A stretch of DNA of 63,951 bases, the filler included, from Octopus bimaculoides (lineage: Eukaryota): NCBI RefSeq assembly GCF_001194135.2. It is 7 parts of 6 records of this genome, joined end to end, with 100 filler letters (N's around TTAATTAATTAA, not from the genome) between each part and the next. Parts side by side here need not be neighbours in the genome. Positions count along the whole stretch, not along the records: positions 1 to 24,744 come from NC_068985.1; positions 24,845 to 44,111 come from NC_069010.1; 5 more parts are not named here. One strand, 5' to 3'. Below are positions 15,015 to 29,361 of this stretch, piece by piece; position 1 is the stretch's first letter; each line of letters begins with the position of its first letter. A program made the position numbers and the translations under genes. The notes below the pieces were generated by a model. That model made no database searches, was not told the DNA's origin, and was given only the letters and a program-made list of their open reading frames with translations.

Positions 15015-17856
15015 GTGTGTGTGTGTGGTTTTGTCTCTGTGTGTGTGTATGTGTGTCTGTGTCTGTGTCTGTATGTCTGTGTGTGTATATGTATATATAT
15101 TTATAGAAAGTGTATATGTATTTGGGTTCAATATTTGCCATATTTCAATGAAAAGAAATATATTTGACGAGACAGAAAAAGACAGAGCTACACAGTAGAA
15201 TAATACATGTAGTTTCGACTGGTTCCATTCTGCAGAGACAATTTCCTATGCATTTTATTTCTTGCACATACATGTTACGGCATCTGCGATAAAGTGAAGG
15301 ATAAGATGGTTCAAGAAAATTTGACATTAATATGATATAAAATACTGAAATTATAGCGAGTTAAAAAAAAATAGCAATATTTGGAGGTATTTAAATGTTA
15401 CGAAAATAGAATTATATGAGAAAGCCTGGAGTAAAATAAATAAAATATATTAAGAATGGAAAGCAAAAGTTTACAAGTGACTTATAAATGGCAAATTCAT
15501 GTGTGGCATTTGAAGAACGAAGAAAAAAGTTTTGAAATACATTTTTTTATAAAACAAAAGTCCATTAATATCATGAAATATAAAGACGTTTGGAAGACAA
15601 ATAATAGAAATGGAAACTTATTGTAGTTGATCAAATGTCAGAAATAATTATCCGTGACAAATATGTATACGCACACGCACACACACACACATACACACAC
15701 ACAAACACACACATTCATATATGTTTATATGCGTGTGTGTGTGTGTGTGGGGGTGCAATTGTGTGCGTGTAGCTATATCCTCAGTTATATTTAGTCAAAT
15801 TAGTAAACAATTCCTTTTGATTGAACTTGAAATAAGTTAAATTACTGGCTTCTGGTGTTCAAGATCAATGCTGTAATGTACATTTTAAGGTACATTTTAA
15901 ACGCAGTATAGTCTCGGTGTCGAGCCCTCCAAGGCGCCTTCAACAAAGAATTCAGTAAAGGATGGAGGTGAGGAATTTAAAAATTATTCAGAAGCAAGCC
16001 TCACACATTTATTAATATCAACATTCGACATTTGCGTTGCTTTTGTCAGCAGCTTGATTTATTTTGTTTATTTTACAAAGGAAAATGAAATCCAGATTCC
16101 TAGTAATCTGTGAAACTGGAAAACAGCAAATAAATTTTCGCTGAGAACGCAATACAAATATGATTACTTTTGGAATATATACTGTCGGTCCCAACCTTTT
16201 CTGATAAGTTGTGTTAGATCCAGTAAATCGGTTATGTTAGATTCAGTTAATTAGTTTATAATAATTACCTTGTAATGATTACTATAATTAACAACATCCA
16301 AAGGAGACTAATACATGAGCATTCAACTCTAGTATGCCTGCAGCTGAAGAGATACATTTGGACAATAATTATTCTCATTTGATATGTACAGGAATTATGC
16401 AGAGTGGACCCAATGAGCATTTTACTGAAATAGAGTTTTCGGTTGTTATATGAGGTAGAAATATTCTTTCAGTGTAGGGTAGAGATCTACCAGATAGACT
16501 TTCGTGAGTACATTAATATCGAAAAACTATCCCTTTCACATTGAGAGATCATCGCTCCGTTCTTACGAAATAGGAGATTAAAATGCCGCAATATATTATC
16601 GTCTTCAAGACGAGCCCATCGTCATATCTAGGAGCAGACAAAGAGCGAGATAGTTAGCTATTATTCATAATTACTGTGTAAAATGTTTGCCTCTGATTGG
16701 ACATTGTGTGGAATGTACCCGAGAACCACCCCATACCCCAAGCTTAAGTCGATGGTGAAAATGAATGAATGAAGTAGATATTGTTGAGGTCACGAGAATA
16801 AATAATATCCAATATGAGGAAGACTTGACAAGAGACATTTCTGGTCAAGGTACACAGGTTGCACATTGCTGTGCATTAGGTGTTGAGTATTTAGTTAACC
16901 CTGAAGATTATACTGTTTATTGCTTACATTGCTTTCAAATAATCATGCGTTAACTCGTAGCTTATAAATGTTGATGATGTGAGTGTATATTTGTCGAATA
17001 AATTGTAGTTTAGGGGGGCAGATCAGGTCGGTGAACAAGAGACAAATAGCATATTTGGAATGGATATTACTGGTTTAAATGGAAAAGGGTTCAAACAAAT
17101 TTTAAACAAAATTCACAATTTTTTCTCATCTGGGAACATTGGAACGAAATGGTACTAACAAACGGAATTTTCTTGATTATCAATGCAATGTGGCAGGAAT
17201 ATTTCTTTGTTTTATAAAACATGAAATATCGGGAAATGCGTCACTGCATCAACTTTATTGTTAAGTTTACCACAATTTCACAAATGCATAATGAATGGGG
17301 AATAGTAATTTCGTTATTTTTCTTCATCTAATCTTTTATTCCAAAATTCTTTACTTATAATTTACATGTATAATTTACGCTATGTAGCACAAGACATTAT
17401 TATTCAAATATGCGAGCATAGATATTCCATTTACACGCTCTCCTTAATCAGGAATGAGTCCCATTTGACCTGTCGATGACGTTCTTTTCTCTGTTCCTAT
17501 CCCGCTACCTGCATGTATCTGGATGTCTATAGGTGACGATAGGAGGGTGAACACTTGGCATTTGTGCTGAAAAATGAATGTTTATATTTTACAAACAACC
17601 TACAGAAATACGAAAGTGGGTTTTATAAAAAAATATGAAAATGTACAGACAACTATGAAAACAATTAAGACAGGAAATGCTATTATCGGATGACTTATTC
17701 CCTTGTTTTACGTTTATAATTTTCTCTAATTCTCAAATTATAAACATATATATATATATAAATTGATCGGTTTGTGTGTATGCGTGCGCGTGTATGTGTG
17801 CGTGTAAAGTAAGGTAGCTGGAAAGCTAACAGGAATATCATGGATTCATCAACAGT

Positions 17857-18252
17857 GCAGGCGCAGGAGTGACTGTGTTGTTGTAAGCTTGTTCCCTAAC
17901 CACATGTTTCTAGGTTCAGTCCCACTGCATGCCGACCAATGCCTTGTGAATGGATTTCGTAGACGGGAACTGAAAGAAACACGTCGCATATGTGTGTGTG
18001 CGACTGTTTGTGCATATATGTATATGTATATATACGTATGTATGCATTTATTTGTGTGTCTGGGTTCGTCACCCCCACCATCGCTTGAAACAGATGTTGG
18101 TGTGTTAACTTCCGCGTAACTTAGCGGTTCGGCAAAAGAGGCTGATCGAAGAAGTACTAGGCCGGACAATGAATAAGTCCTGGGATCGATATGTTCGACT
18201 AAAGGCGGTGCTCCAGCATGGCCGCAGCCAACTGATTGCAACAAGTAAAAGC
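17857..18252 (+). mobile_element. SINE family A copy
   Basis: Colinear with 6946-7357. Confidence 0.85.
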
Positions 18253-19044
18253 AAAATTTACGAGCTGGAGTGTTTGATCTGACCACCGTGTTTCTTGTGA
18301 TTTGATGAGTTGGCCTTTATTAGTTGCATTCATTTGTAAAGGTACAATTGCATAGGACAATGTTGAGCATACATATTAACGCAGACACTTAAAAAATTAT
18401 TTATTACCACATGTTGTAAGCTGCAAACCCGGCCAAATCCAACGGAAGTCACGTCGTTACATAACTATATATTCACTTCTCAAACATCGTGAATATAATA
18501 TATATATATACATATACACGCACACAAATTCATACATACATATATTCATGTACATATAGATTCGTATGTCTACGAGTTCATATATTTGCCTGATATGTGT
18601 GTATGTGAGTGCCTGTGTATGCATGGAACTATGTACGTGTATTGTGTTCGCTTGTGTTTGTATTATGACTAATGTGTATCAAGTATCTATTAGTTATCTG
18701 TAACGATGTACTAATATTTGCTGTAGTTCATTTTTTCTCTGGGGATTTGTTATAAAGTCTAACCTTAATTCCATTGTATGTCTGTCTTTTCGAAATTTAA
18801 TTGGCTATTATTGGCAAAATATCTATTGATATGTTAAAATATCCCTACGAAATTTATACAGATATCTGGTTCCTAGCAACAAATGAAATAAAATGCTGAA
18901 GTGAAACAGACAAAATATTCCTATAGCAGACATAGAGATTAATAACATCTTTGAAAACTCGATTAAACGTGACATAAAATTTCACCTCTGTTGTACACAC
19001 ACAAACACACACGCACAGACACACGCACACATACACGTACATAC

Positions 19045-19128
<84 letters not shown>

Positions 19129-19571
19129 NNNNNNNNNNNNNNNNNNNNNNNNNNNNNNNNNNNNNNNNNNNNNNNNNNNNNNNNNNNNNNNNNNNNNNNN
19201 NNNNNNNNNNNNNNNNNNNNNNNNNNNNNNNNNNNNNNNNNNNNNNNNNNNNNNNNNNNNNNNNNNNNNNNNNNNNNNNNNNNNNNNNNNNNNNNNNNNN
19301 NNNNNNNNNNNNNNNNNNNNNNNNNNNNNNNNNNNNNNNNNNNNNNNNNNNNNNNNNNNNNNNNNNNNNNNNNNNNNNNNNNNNNNNNNNNNNNNNNNNN
19401 NNNNNNNNNNNNNNNNNNNNNNNNNNNNNNNNNNNNNNNNNNNNNNNNNNNNNNNNNNNNNNNNNNNNNNNNNNNNNNNNNNNNNNNNNNNNNNNNNNNN
19501 NNNNNNNNNNNNNNNNNNNNNNNNNNNNNNNNNNNNNNNNNNNNNNNNNNNNNNNNNNNNNNNNNNNNNNN

Positions 19572-19605
<34 letters not shown>

Positions 19606-20035
19606 ATTGCACGTATGTACAACAAGATTTAGTTGAATTATGGTACTTATAAGTGAAGCACCTAGTTTGGTTGGAGCAATTATTTCTCTTAGTGGACTGT
19701 GGGATGAGTCTTAAAATTCACCATCTCTACCTAACCAAACAAACCCCTATTAAAGCTATACATTCGGAAATACACCTCACCCTTTTATGTCATACTTTTG
19801 TTCCCCACCCACTAAACCACTTTAATATACATTGTTTTCGTCAACCTCATTCTGCAGCAGGGTCCAATCGTGGAATCACTCATTATGTATGTGCCTAGTT
19901 TTCCTTGACTATAAAATTCATGCATTCATCTGAAGTAAACATTTTTTTTTTATAATGATGTAATGCACACTTTGATCAATTAAAAAGTCGTTTGATACAG
20001 GTGAAATGAATTGACACCTATCCATCAATTGTTAC

Positions 20036-20071
<36 letters not shown>

Positions 20072-21341
20072 GAATCGGCAATCAACGCACATATCACGCG
20101 TTCCAAGCAGTTTGACCACGTTCGGTCAAACTAATTTAACCTAGAACGAGGCGTTTGTCTTACGGCCTAGGGCCGTTTCACAAGCCTAAACACCTCTAAA
20201 TTATCTGGGGCCGAAACAAATTCTTGATAAGTAGTATATACATAAATATATGTGTGTGTCTGTATTTGTGTGTATCTGTGTGTGTGGTTGTGCGTGTGTG
20301 CGCTCGATAGCGTATCTATATGCGTTATTTTGTGTGTGTGTGTGTGGGTATCTGAGTATATATCTGTATATATGAACATACGTATACATACACATGCATA
20401 CATATCAATATATACTTATATGGTATATATTATTATATAAATATTCGTATATATACATAGAGGGAAAATAGAACACTGAAAAGCTCTTATCCAGGATTTT
20501 CTAAAAGACAAAGGGTGATACGATATTAGAATCACATATGGCTTTCTTTAAAATAGAGAGTGTCAAGAAAAACCGAGGGTATATATGAATTGTAAAAGAA
20601 CTAAGGTACCTAAACCTATATTGGCCCAAAACAGCGATATACCCTCAGGATCATTCACCCAGATGTAGAAAATGCGATTATACCGATGAACTCATATCTC
20701 AGGATTTATCGGAATGTTAACCGTTCAGAATAAATACGGAGAATGTGTGCATATGCTTTACGTGCACCCGAATTGTTGAACCTTTTTTTTTTATTATTCA
20801 GGAAAAGGCCTTATATATACGCATTTTTCTCAAATCGCATTCTATATCCCCGTTTTCAGGTTAGGTCTGGCATTTATAATTGCTGTTCTTGTTCCTCAAT
20901 TTCCTCTCATAACTAACAAATATTTAAGCATTTATTTTGCTTACATTTATTACATGAAACAAGTTAACTTTCCTTATGTATGTTTTGCAGTTATTTGCAA
21001 TAGTTTTCTGGTGTTTATTACTGGGTAATTTCATATTCCATCAATGGATATTTTATAGTCGCTTTCTAATAACAGCAGGTCCACAAATCCTTATATCTGT
21101 AGTAAATACATTATCCCCATGTTATATTCAGCATGGTGTAAACACAGTAATTCATTCTAGTTTTATTTCTCTGTCTAGACTGGATAATTCAAATTAGCCA
21201 CCCGTTGAGGATATGGTAGGTTATTACGAGGAGAGATTTTGATATTGATGGACATTAACTTATGCTTTATTTTTTTGTATTTCACTCTATGATGTGCAAT
21301 AATATAATGCATATATAATGTACAATACAAATATTGTACAT

Positions 21342-21381
<40 letters not shown>

Positions 21382-21392
21382 CACATGGCTAT

Positions 21393-21513
<121 letters not shown>

Positions 21514-24500
21514 CACATTATATACAAACATATATGTTTATAAACAAGTGTGCGTGTGTTTGTGTATGTGTCAAATCTGCCTGTGTCCATAAAACCTTTG
21601 TCAGTGTTCTACGTCTGTCTTTTCCTTCATTCACTTACCTACAATGAAAACAGAATCGTTAATTAATTTCACACTCCTCAACATTTTCTTGCCACCTTCT
21701 TTCGAACCCAACTCTTGTGGAAGTTCTATAAGTAAATGCAGTTACTTTCAATCGCAAATATTTTATTTGCTTTTAATCTTCGTTTGTGTTAAATTTGGTA
21801 TCATACGAAAAATAAATATGGTGTTCACTAAAGACTAGCAGAGATACCGGTGTTGCTCGGAAATGAAGTGGTAGAGTTTCTATCTTTTTTTATTCTTTTA
21901 CTCGTTGCAGTCATTTGACAGTGGCCATGCTGGAGTACCGCCATTAATCGAAGAGAAAGAAAGAAAGAGGGAGAGAGGGAGAAAGAAAGACAGAAAGGCA
22001 GACTCCGCCAGCATTGTGAATGATGATTCTATTAAAAGGCTGGGGATTGGGGTGTCTAAGTCAAAAGGTAAATTTGCAATACCTGCATAAAATATAAGAT
22101 GAAACTGTGAGTGTACATTTGGGAGATTTGCTTTCTCGCACCTTTCCCCTTTAACCGAACTGCAGTTATTAGTGAAACGAAGGCATTAGCATTTTGTATC
22201 ACTGTGAAATGCCTTACGTTCTCCGCTACGCATCCCTTAAGGTTCGTGTAATGACAAGTTAACATTGTTTAAAGCATATTACAAGAAATGCTAACATGGT
22301 TATTGAACGAATGTAAATGCAAGAAACCTTCAGCAATATAAAAAGCATTCCAACGGATTTTCTACGTTGGAAGTGTGGACAATCACAACAGACGTACGAT
22401 GAACCTGCGCTGGATATTAATTTCGGAAATAATATACAAATAGAGATGCCATCTTGATACGTTGGATGTGGCAGATTTACTCTGGATTAGTATGCATTTC
22501 ATCCAAAGTAACAAAAGATGGTCACACCAGTTATTCTGTATATTTACTTCTAGAAATTTTAAGCATAAATGATTGGTTGTATCTTTTGATATTGATAATT
22601 AAGTTATATTCAATGTAAACGGATATTTGCGTGTTGAAATTTCCAAACAACAAATGTTGTGCAAAATGCACGGATAGGTATGAAGACCTCTACATTCCTA
22701 CGACGATGTTACAACCAAGGGAAAAACGAAATTTACCAGTAGAAGAGATTTGTCCCCTATAAACGACAAGCTCGAAATCTGTAGAAGTAGAAAGTAAATA
22801 ATTGTCAAACCAAATCACATATATTCACATGTGTGTGTATCTGCGTGTGTATGCGCGCGCGTGTTTGCGTGTGTGTCCGAGTCTATGTGTGTCTAAGATT
22901 CTGCGTGCGTCTGTAAATGTACGTGTGTGTGTATATATATCAGTGTGTTACTGTGTTCACCTCTTGCCACCATTTGACTACCTCTGTTGTAAAATAACGG
23001 TCCTGTAAAACATTGCAGCGAAATATATTACTTGTTTTTAAAATGACGGATGAGCAATTTCTTGGAATGGACACTAACATGACTATGGTCCTATTACCAG
23101 TGCACTTTTTTAGTATCACCCACATCTGATGGCTTAGCTTCTGCAGATTGTTATTCTATCGTTATATAAGTATACGTTATATTTTGTCATACAGAATTAG
23201 TACTCACATATGATGTCGACTACAAATATATACAATTTTCTATTCTATATACTTCTTAAACATTCTCCACTCTTTTATAATTTTATATTTCTTCGCATTT
23301 ATCAAGCTATGATTACCATATTTTATCTAGATTCCTTTGGTTATTTCACAGAAATTACACTTGCTGTTGCCTTCATTTTGTTTAGTTTTCTTTCCACAAG
23401 TATAAATATTTCATTACTTTCCTGAAAGAGATTAAATATAGAACTGAGGTTTTCCAAACTTTCATTTATCTAAATATCTTCCCGTAGAACTATGGATTTG
23501 CATAAAATTTGCTGTTACCTTCAAAAGCAAAGAAAAATATATATATGTATAATATATATACAGAAGACGAATAAATACTGTAACACTAGCTTCCAGTTAG
23601 AATGGTGTAGAATTCAATTTCTTTTTTTTTGTATATATTTTGTTTTCCAAAGATATTTTTTTATGGTACTTTTCTGTGTATTTTCTGTTCATTATTGTAA
23701 ATCCTTTCCTAACATATTAATGATTCAGTATTTTCATACAGATTGAAATACCTCAAATTCAATTCACAGCTTTCTTAGAAATAACGAGAAAAAAAAAACA
23801 ACATGCACATCAGAAAAAACTAGGAATATGCCAAAAGGGCGGTGTGCTATTCACATGATAATCAAACAGATTGATCGCACGACCACACCGCATGAATACG
23901 GAATATTTAAAGGGCTGATCGTGTATACGGGAATGGTTATATCTATATATATATACATTTACATACATACACACACTCACACAGAAAAAAGTATTCCCAC
24001 GCAGAAAAGAATGCGGGCTGAAAATGCACCCGAGTCTTAAACTTAAAACATGTAACTTTTAAATTTCGTAACAAATTTATTAAGATATAAAACCTAATTC
24101 TACATGATATTTATCTTTCAATGGATGTTCTGAAAGGCGCCCTGAATGATGGGCATTACATTAGTAAATCAAGCTGGAACTCGAGGAACAGAATGATGAT
24201 GCGAAAGAAACAGATTTAGAAATACAAGTAGGAAACTGTTTGAGCTAGATACGCCCTTTCAGAAATGAAGACAACAAATAAATACCTTATAACAACAGAC
24301 AATTATGAGAAAACTCAATTCATTCACAACAAATGACTAGGCACAGTACACATAAATCAAAAGTTGAATGTGTAGACTACCTGAAGGACTCGAAAACCTA
24401 ACTTCAAACCACTGCGCGATTACCTTTTTGTACCCCCTCAGACACCATGCTTTAAACTGACGTACTTCTTTTAGTGGTCAAAACCAGACCCCTGGAAAAG

Positions 24501-24744
24501 AACAGAGACTTTCAGCCGCACGAGGCCAGTAACTGTTTAAATGATGTAACTAACCTACACGCAACTGGTGTGTTTACGTTCATGTGTCTTACCGGTTCGG
24601 CAAAAGAACCGATGCATTAAGTACTCGGCTTACAGTGAATAAACTCTAGGGTGAATTGGCTTGACTGAAGGCAATGCTCCAGCATGAGTGCAGTCAAATG
24701 ACTGAAACAAGTAAAAGTGTGTATTTTTATATATATATATATAT

Positions 24745-24844
24745 NNNNNNNNNNNNNNNNNNNNNNNNNNNNNNNNNNNNNNNNNNNNTTAATTAATTAA
24801 NNNNNNNNNNNNNNNNNNNNNNNNNNNNNNNNNNNNNNNNNNNN
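24745..24844. other. Artificial 100-bp assembly spacer N44-TTAATTAATTAA-N44; further linkers at 44156, 52500, 56077, 60420 and 62749
   Basis: Identical self-complementary 12-mer with stop codons in all six frames, always embedded in N runs. Confidence 0.92.
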
Positions 24845-25540
24845 TTTCCAAAGGTCTCGGTCAGAAGTCATTGCTTCAGTGAAGCCTAAATTTCGAAGGT
24901 CGTACCTCACCACCTCATCCCAGGTCTTCCTGGGCCTGCCTCTTCCACGGGTTCCCTCAACTGTTAGGGTGTGGCACTTTTTCACACAGCTATCCTCATC
25001 CATTCTCGCCACATGTCCATACCAGCGCAATCGTCTCTCTTGCACACCACAACTGATGCTTCTTATGTTCAGCTTTTCTCTCAAGATACTTACACTCTGT
25101 CGGGTATGCACACTGACATTACTCATCTATCGGAGCATACTGGCTTCATTCCTTGTGAGCTTATGTATGTCCTCAGCAGTCAAGGCCCATGTTTCACTGC
25201 CATGTAGCATGGCTATTCATACACATGCATCATACAGTCTGCCGTTTACTCTGAGTGAGAGTCCCTTTGTCGCCAGCAGAGGTAAGAGCTCTCTAAACTT
25301 TGCCCAGGCTATTCTTATTCTAGCAGCTACACTTTCAGCGCACCCACCCCCACTACTAACTTGGTCACCCAGATAGCGGAAGCTATCAACTACCTCTAGT
25401 TTTTCTCCCTGGAATGAGACAGAAGTTGTTTTCTGCATATTTTCAGTGTTTATTGCACCTGAACATTTGCCATTGGTTCCTAAGAGACAAATCACTTTCT
25501 CTGTATTTCTGGTGATGACATATTTATGTGTGTGTATGTG
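24845..25540 (-). mobile_element. RTE-clade LINE, 3' fragment
   Basis: Reads LEVVDSFRYLGD, AWAKFRELLPLL, RRLRWYGHVARM and GRGRPRKTW; contains one in-frame stop. Confidence 0.9.
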
Positions 25541-26609
25541 TCCTTGTCTCAACATCATGTGATGGTTGTAAACAAGCATCATTGTCATACAAGCGACACT
25601 TTCCATTTTAAGTCTTCCATGAAAGGCATGTTTGGCTATGGGTGAGTATTATCCTGCTTCGAAACAGGTGAGGGCTGGTGACAGGATGGCCATCTAGCTG
25701 TTAAAAATTTGCTTCAGAAAATTGTTATGAATCCCTGGGTGATAACCGGAAGGCATGGAGGTATGTGTGTGACACTGGAGTAGAGTGCTTTCAATCTGGA
25801 CATGGGAGACTGCATAAAGAGAGGAGATATCGCCATCAACCCACTGCAGTTATTGTTCAGGGTCAATTTCAGGGCCCTCAGTGCCACAGGATCCGTCTAT
25901 CTTATATTGGTTTTGTCAGCCACATCTGCTTCCATGAAAAACAATGTGTTGGAGGCAGAAGAGGATGACATATGTATGGTCATGTGATATTGGCCTCAAG
26001 AGAGCCACCACAAGACTACAAAATCATCACAGATCATCAAAGATCAAAGGTTAAAACTAGCAGATCACATACTCTGGCTACCAAACCAATGCCATTCTGA
26101 AACCGCTTTTAAATGGACATCACAAGATAGAAAAAGAAAAAGATGAAGCAAAACAACCGCACTAAACTGGCAGTTATGATGAGGAGTATTCCAGTTGATC
26201 CGATCAACAGAACAGCCTGTTTGTGAAATCACCATGCAAATAGCTGAACTACTCCACAGACATGTGTACCCTTAATATAGTTCTCAGAGAAATTCAGCAT
26301 GACACAAAATGTGACATTGCTGTTCCTTTGAAGTACAGGTACAACTCATTTTTGCCAGCTGAGTGGACTGGAGCAATGCAAGATAAAGTGCCTTGCTCAA
26401 GGACACAACGAACACACACACCCTTACAATCGTGAGCCGAATACCCTAACCACTAAGCCATTTGCCTTCACAAAACCAACAACACTAGATTAAGTTAAAT
26501 TCTATTTATCATTTGTTTTTGTTGTTGTTACTCTTTAAGTACAATATGTATGAAATCTGTTTTGTTCAGTTGCATGACTCATCAAGAATCCATCTTGTTA
26601 ATATTTTAG

Positions 26610-26675
26610 ACGTAAAGCAATTAAACAACTTCTCAGCCCAAACCAAACTCTAGTTAGTGTGCCGTATTTTCCAAG
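26610..26675 (+). CDS. GCLC: GCLC-like gene, first visible exon: (R)RKAIKQLLSPNQTLVSVPYFP(R)
   Basis: Flanked by attttag and gtaagt; 66 nt, phase 2-2. Aligns to RRKEATSILEENQALCTITSFPR of vertebrate GCLC (recalled sequence). Joins the next exon in frame. Confidence 0.8.
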
Positions 26676-26725
26676 GTAAGTGAAATCTTGAAGCTAATAT
26701 TTATGCACGATTTTTTACGTAAATA

Positions 26726-26942
26726 CAAGGGTGTGCTGAAAAGTTCCTGGCTTTGGGTAACAGAAAATAGAGGAGGATCAATTAATTATGATTTTATTCA
26801 ACATATTCTCCTCTCAGATTCACATGCTTATTGCAGCAGCCCTTCAGTTTTTCTAAGCCCTTTAAAAGAACTCGGAAGGTTGGGTCTCCAGCCAGGCCTT
26901 TCACGATACCCGTAAAGCCAGAAACGTTTCAGTAGCCCCTTG
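26726..26942. mobile_element. Mariner-derived MITE
   Basis: Imperfect TIRs CAAGGGTGTGCTGAAAAGTTCCTGGCTTT ... AAAGCCAGAAACGTTTCAGTAGCCCCTTG, each flanked by TA; no coding capacity. Confidence 0.75.
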
Positions 26943-27037
26943 TATTTACGTATAAGTTTGTTTCTGAGTAAATACAGCTTTATATTTTTATGTGAAAATA
27001 CATGTATTTTTATTAAACCTTTTTGTGAATGAATATA

Positions 27038-28262
27038 CAGGGGTTGGACAAAATAATGGAAACACCGAGCATCATAGCATCAAAATTTTGAAATATCTAT
27101 AAAACTGTCAAAAGTTTATTTATTTTTGTTTTTTTGATTTATTATTAGTGTTGCTTAATATGTTTTGCTAAAATTGCTATTTCTTTTCAGATATCCTCAG
27201 AAAAAGGTAATTAAAATTCATTAAAATGACAGTTCTATTGGACTTTCAAGGAGGTCAAATTGGCAGGCGCTAGTGTAACGAAAACAGCCGAAATGTTTGG
27301 TGTATCAAGAAGTACTGTCTCGAAAGTAATGACAGCCTTTAAGAAAGCGGGAAAAACCTCCTCGTCAAAACAAAACTCCGGAAGAAAACCAACACTTTCA
27401 GATAGGGACCATCGGACTCTTACGAAAATTGTTAGGAAGGATCGCAAAAGTACAGCTCCCAAAATTACTGCAGAGCTTAATGACCACCTTGAGAACCCAG
27501 TTTCCACAAAAACTGTTCGCTGGGAGCTGCAATCAGAAAATCACTACTTTCAAAAACAAACGTTGCAAAGCGTTTAGAGTAGAGTAAAAACGTACAGAAT
27601 TGGTCCCTAGAGAAGTAGAAGAATGTTATTTTCTCGGACGAGTTATCCTTTACCTTATTTCCGACAACCGGCCGAGTATATGTGTGGAGACAGCCAAAAG
27701 AAGCATTTGACCCAGACTACATTCTTCCAACTGTTAAACATGGAGGAGGATCTGTTATGATCTGGGGGCTATACCTGGGAAATCCGCTGGCCCAATGGTT
27801 TCCCTTCTTGGTAGAATTAATAGTCAAGACTATTTAAGCATTTTATCTGATCAGATTCATCCTATGGCTGCAGAACTGTTTCTGGATGGAAACACAATCT
27901 TTCAGGATGATAATGTACCAATTCACACCGCTAACACTGTTACTGAATGGCACGAGGAACATTCTAGTGAAGTTGAACATCTTATCTGGCCACCACAGTC
28001 TCCGGATTACAATATTATTGAACATTTATGGTGCATTGTAGAAAAACAAGGAGTCGATATCCTCCACCATCATCACTACAAGAACTGGAGACTGTTTTGG
28101 CTGAAGAATGGACAAAAATTCTATTGGGAACAATTCAAACTTTGTTCGAGTCCATACCTCATAGAATTCAAGCTGTAATTACTGCTAAAGGCGGTCCTAC
28201 CCCATATTAAAATAAATTTGTTTGAAATTTTAAGGTGTTGCCATTATTTTGTCTAATCTCTG
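27038..28262 (+). mobile_element. Full-length but inactivated Tc1-family DNA transposon in a GCLC-like intron
   Basis: 29-bp TIRs (CAGGGGTTGGACAAAATAATGGAAACACC; 4 mismatches in the right copy) flanked by TA on both sides. Transposase motifs VIFSDE, FQDDNVPIH and WPPQSPDYNIIEHLW are broken by stops and frameshifts. Confidence 0.92.
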
Positions 28263-29244
28263 TATATGTCTGTTTATATAAATCTTTTACTTGTTTCAGT
28301 CATTAGACTGTGGCCATGTCGAAGTGGTCACGATGCAACATGAGATGAAGTGTTTTGCTCAAGAACACAACACACCACCCGGTCTGGGAATTGAAACCAC
28401 GATCTTGTGATCATGAATGCAACTTCCTAACCACTAGGCCATGTGCCCTCACAATACAAATAATAATAATGATAATAATGTTTCAAATTTTGCCACAAGG
28501 GCAGCAATTTGGGGGAAGGGGATAAGTCGATTACAGTGTTCAACTGGTACTTATTTTATCGCCCCCGAAAGGATGAAAGACAAAATTGACCTCAACGGAA
28601 TTTGAACTCAGAACGTATTGATGGGCAAAATACCACTAAGAATTTCGTCCAGGGCGCTAACGATTCTGCGTGCTCACTGCCTACAGCAACAGCAACTACA
28701 ACAACTACAACTACAACTACTCAAAATAATAATGATAATAACAATAATAATAAAAATAGCTTCAGGCTAAATAACAACATGGATGTACACTAAGAAGCTC
28801 TCCTCACAAAACAAACTTAATCCAACAACATCGGTGTGATGGAAGGAAAAATGTCGCAATACAACAGTGGGAAAAGTTCTGTTAAAGCAAAGGAACTAAA
28901 CAAATCAGAAAGACTTTTGTTATATGAGGTGTAGTTTCTTTCTTAAATGCATGGTGTCTCGATGCAGGATTAACTACTTTGAGCAGGATTGACTACTTAA
29001 CCTGAAGAAAATTCTAACTGGACCCTACCTTCAAGGTCATGCACTGTTTATCTTGGTATGAAATCACTGTGTCACGCATGTATGGCTCTGATGCATGTGC
29101 CTGGTGTACCCTTATCAGACGGGTTATCGTGATGGGTATACTGGGCTTCGTATATTTGTACCCCAGTGTCACTTTGATGGCATGTATTGCTTTCTCACTC
29201 AATAAAAATAATAATGATAATTAAAGAAAAATTTTCTTTTTCAG

Positions 29245-29361
29245 ATTGGGCTGTCCTAATTTCACTTTCCCCTCTTACAAAGCAAACAAGCATCCAGTCG
29301 AACTTCACCAATCAGTTTTCATAGGAGATGCAGCACTGTGCTCCCAGACTCCGTACTATAT
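29245..29361 (+). CDS. GCLC: GCLC-like exon: LGCPNFTFPSYKANKHPVELHQSVFIGDAALCSQTPYY
   Basis: Flanked by ttttcag and gtaagt; 117 nt, phase 2-2. Starts with the GCLC (R)LGCPxFT motif. Confidence 0.9.

Noticed and set aside
24789-24800. Recurrent palindrome TTAATTAATTAA (six copies) as a biological motif
   Set aside because: Always embedded in N runs as a 100-bp spacer, with stops in all six frames; an assembly linker.
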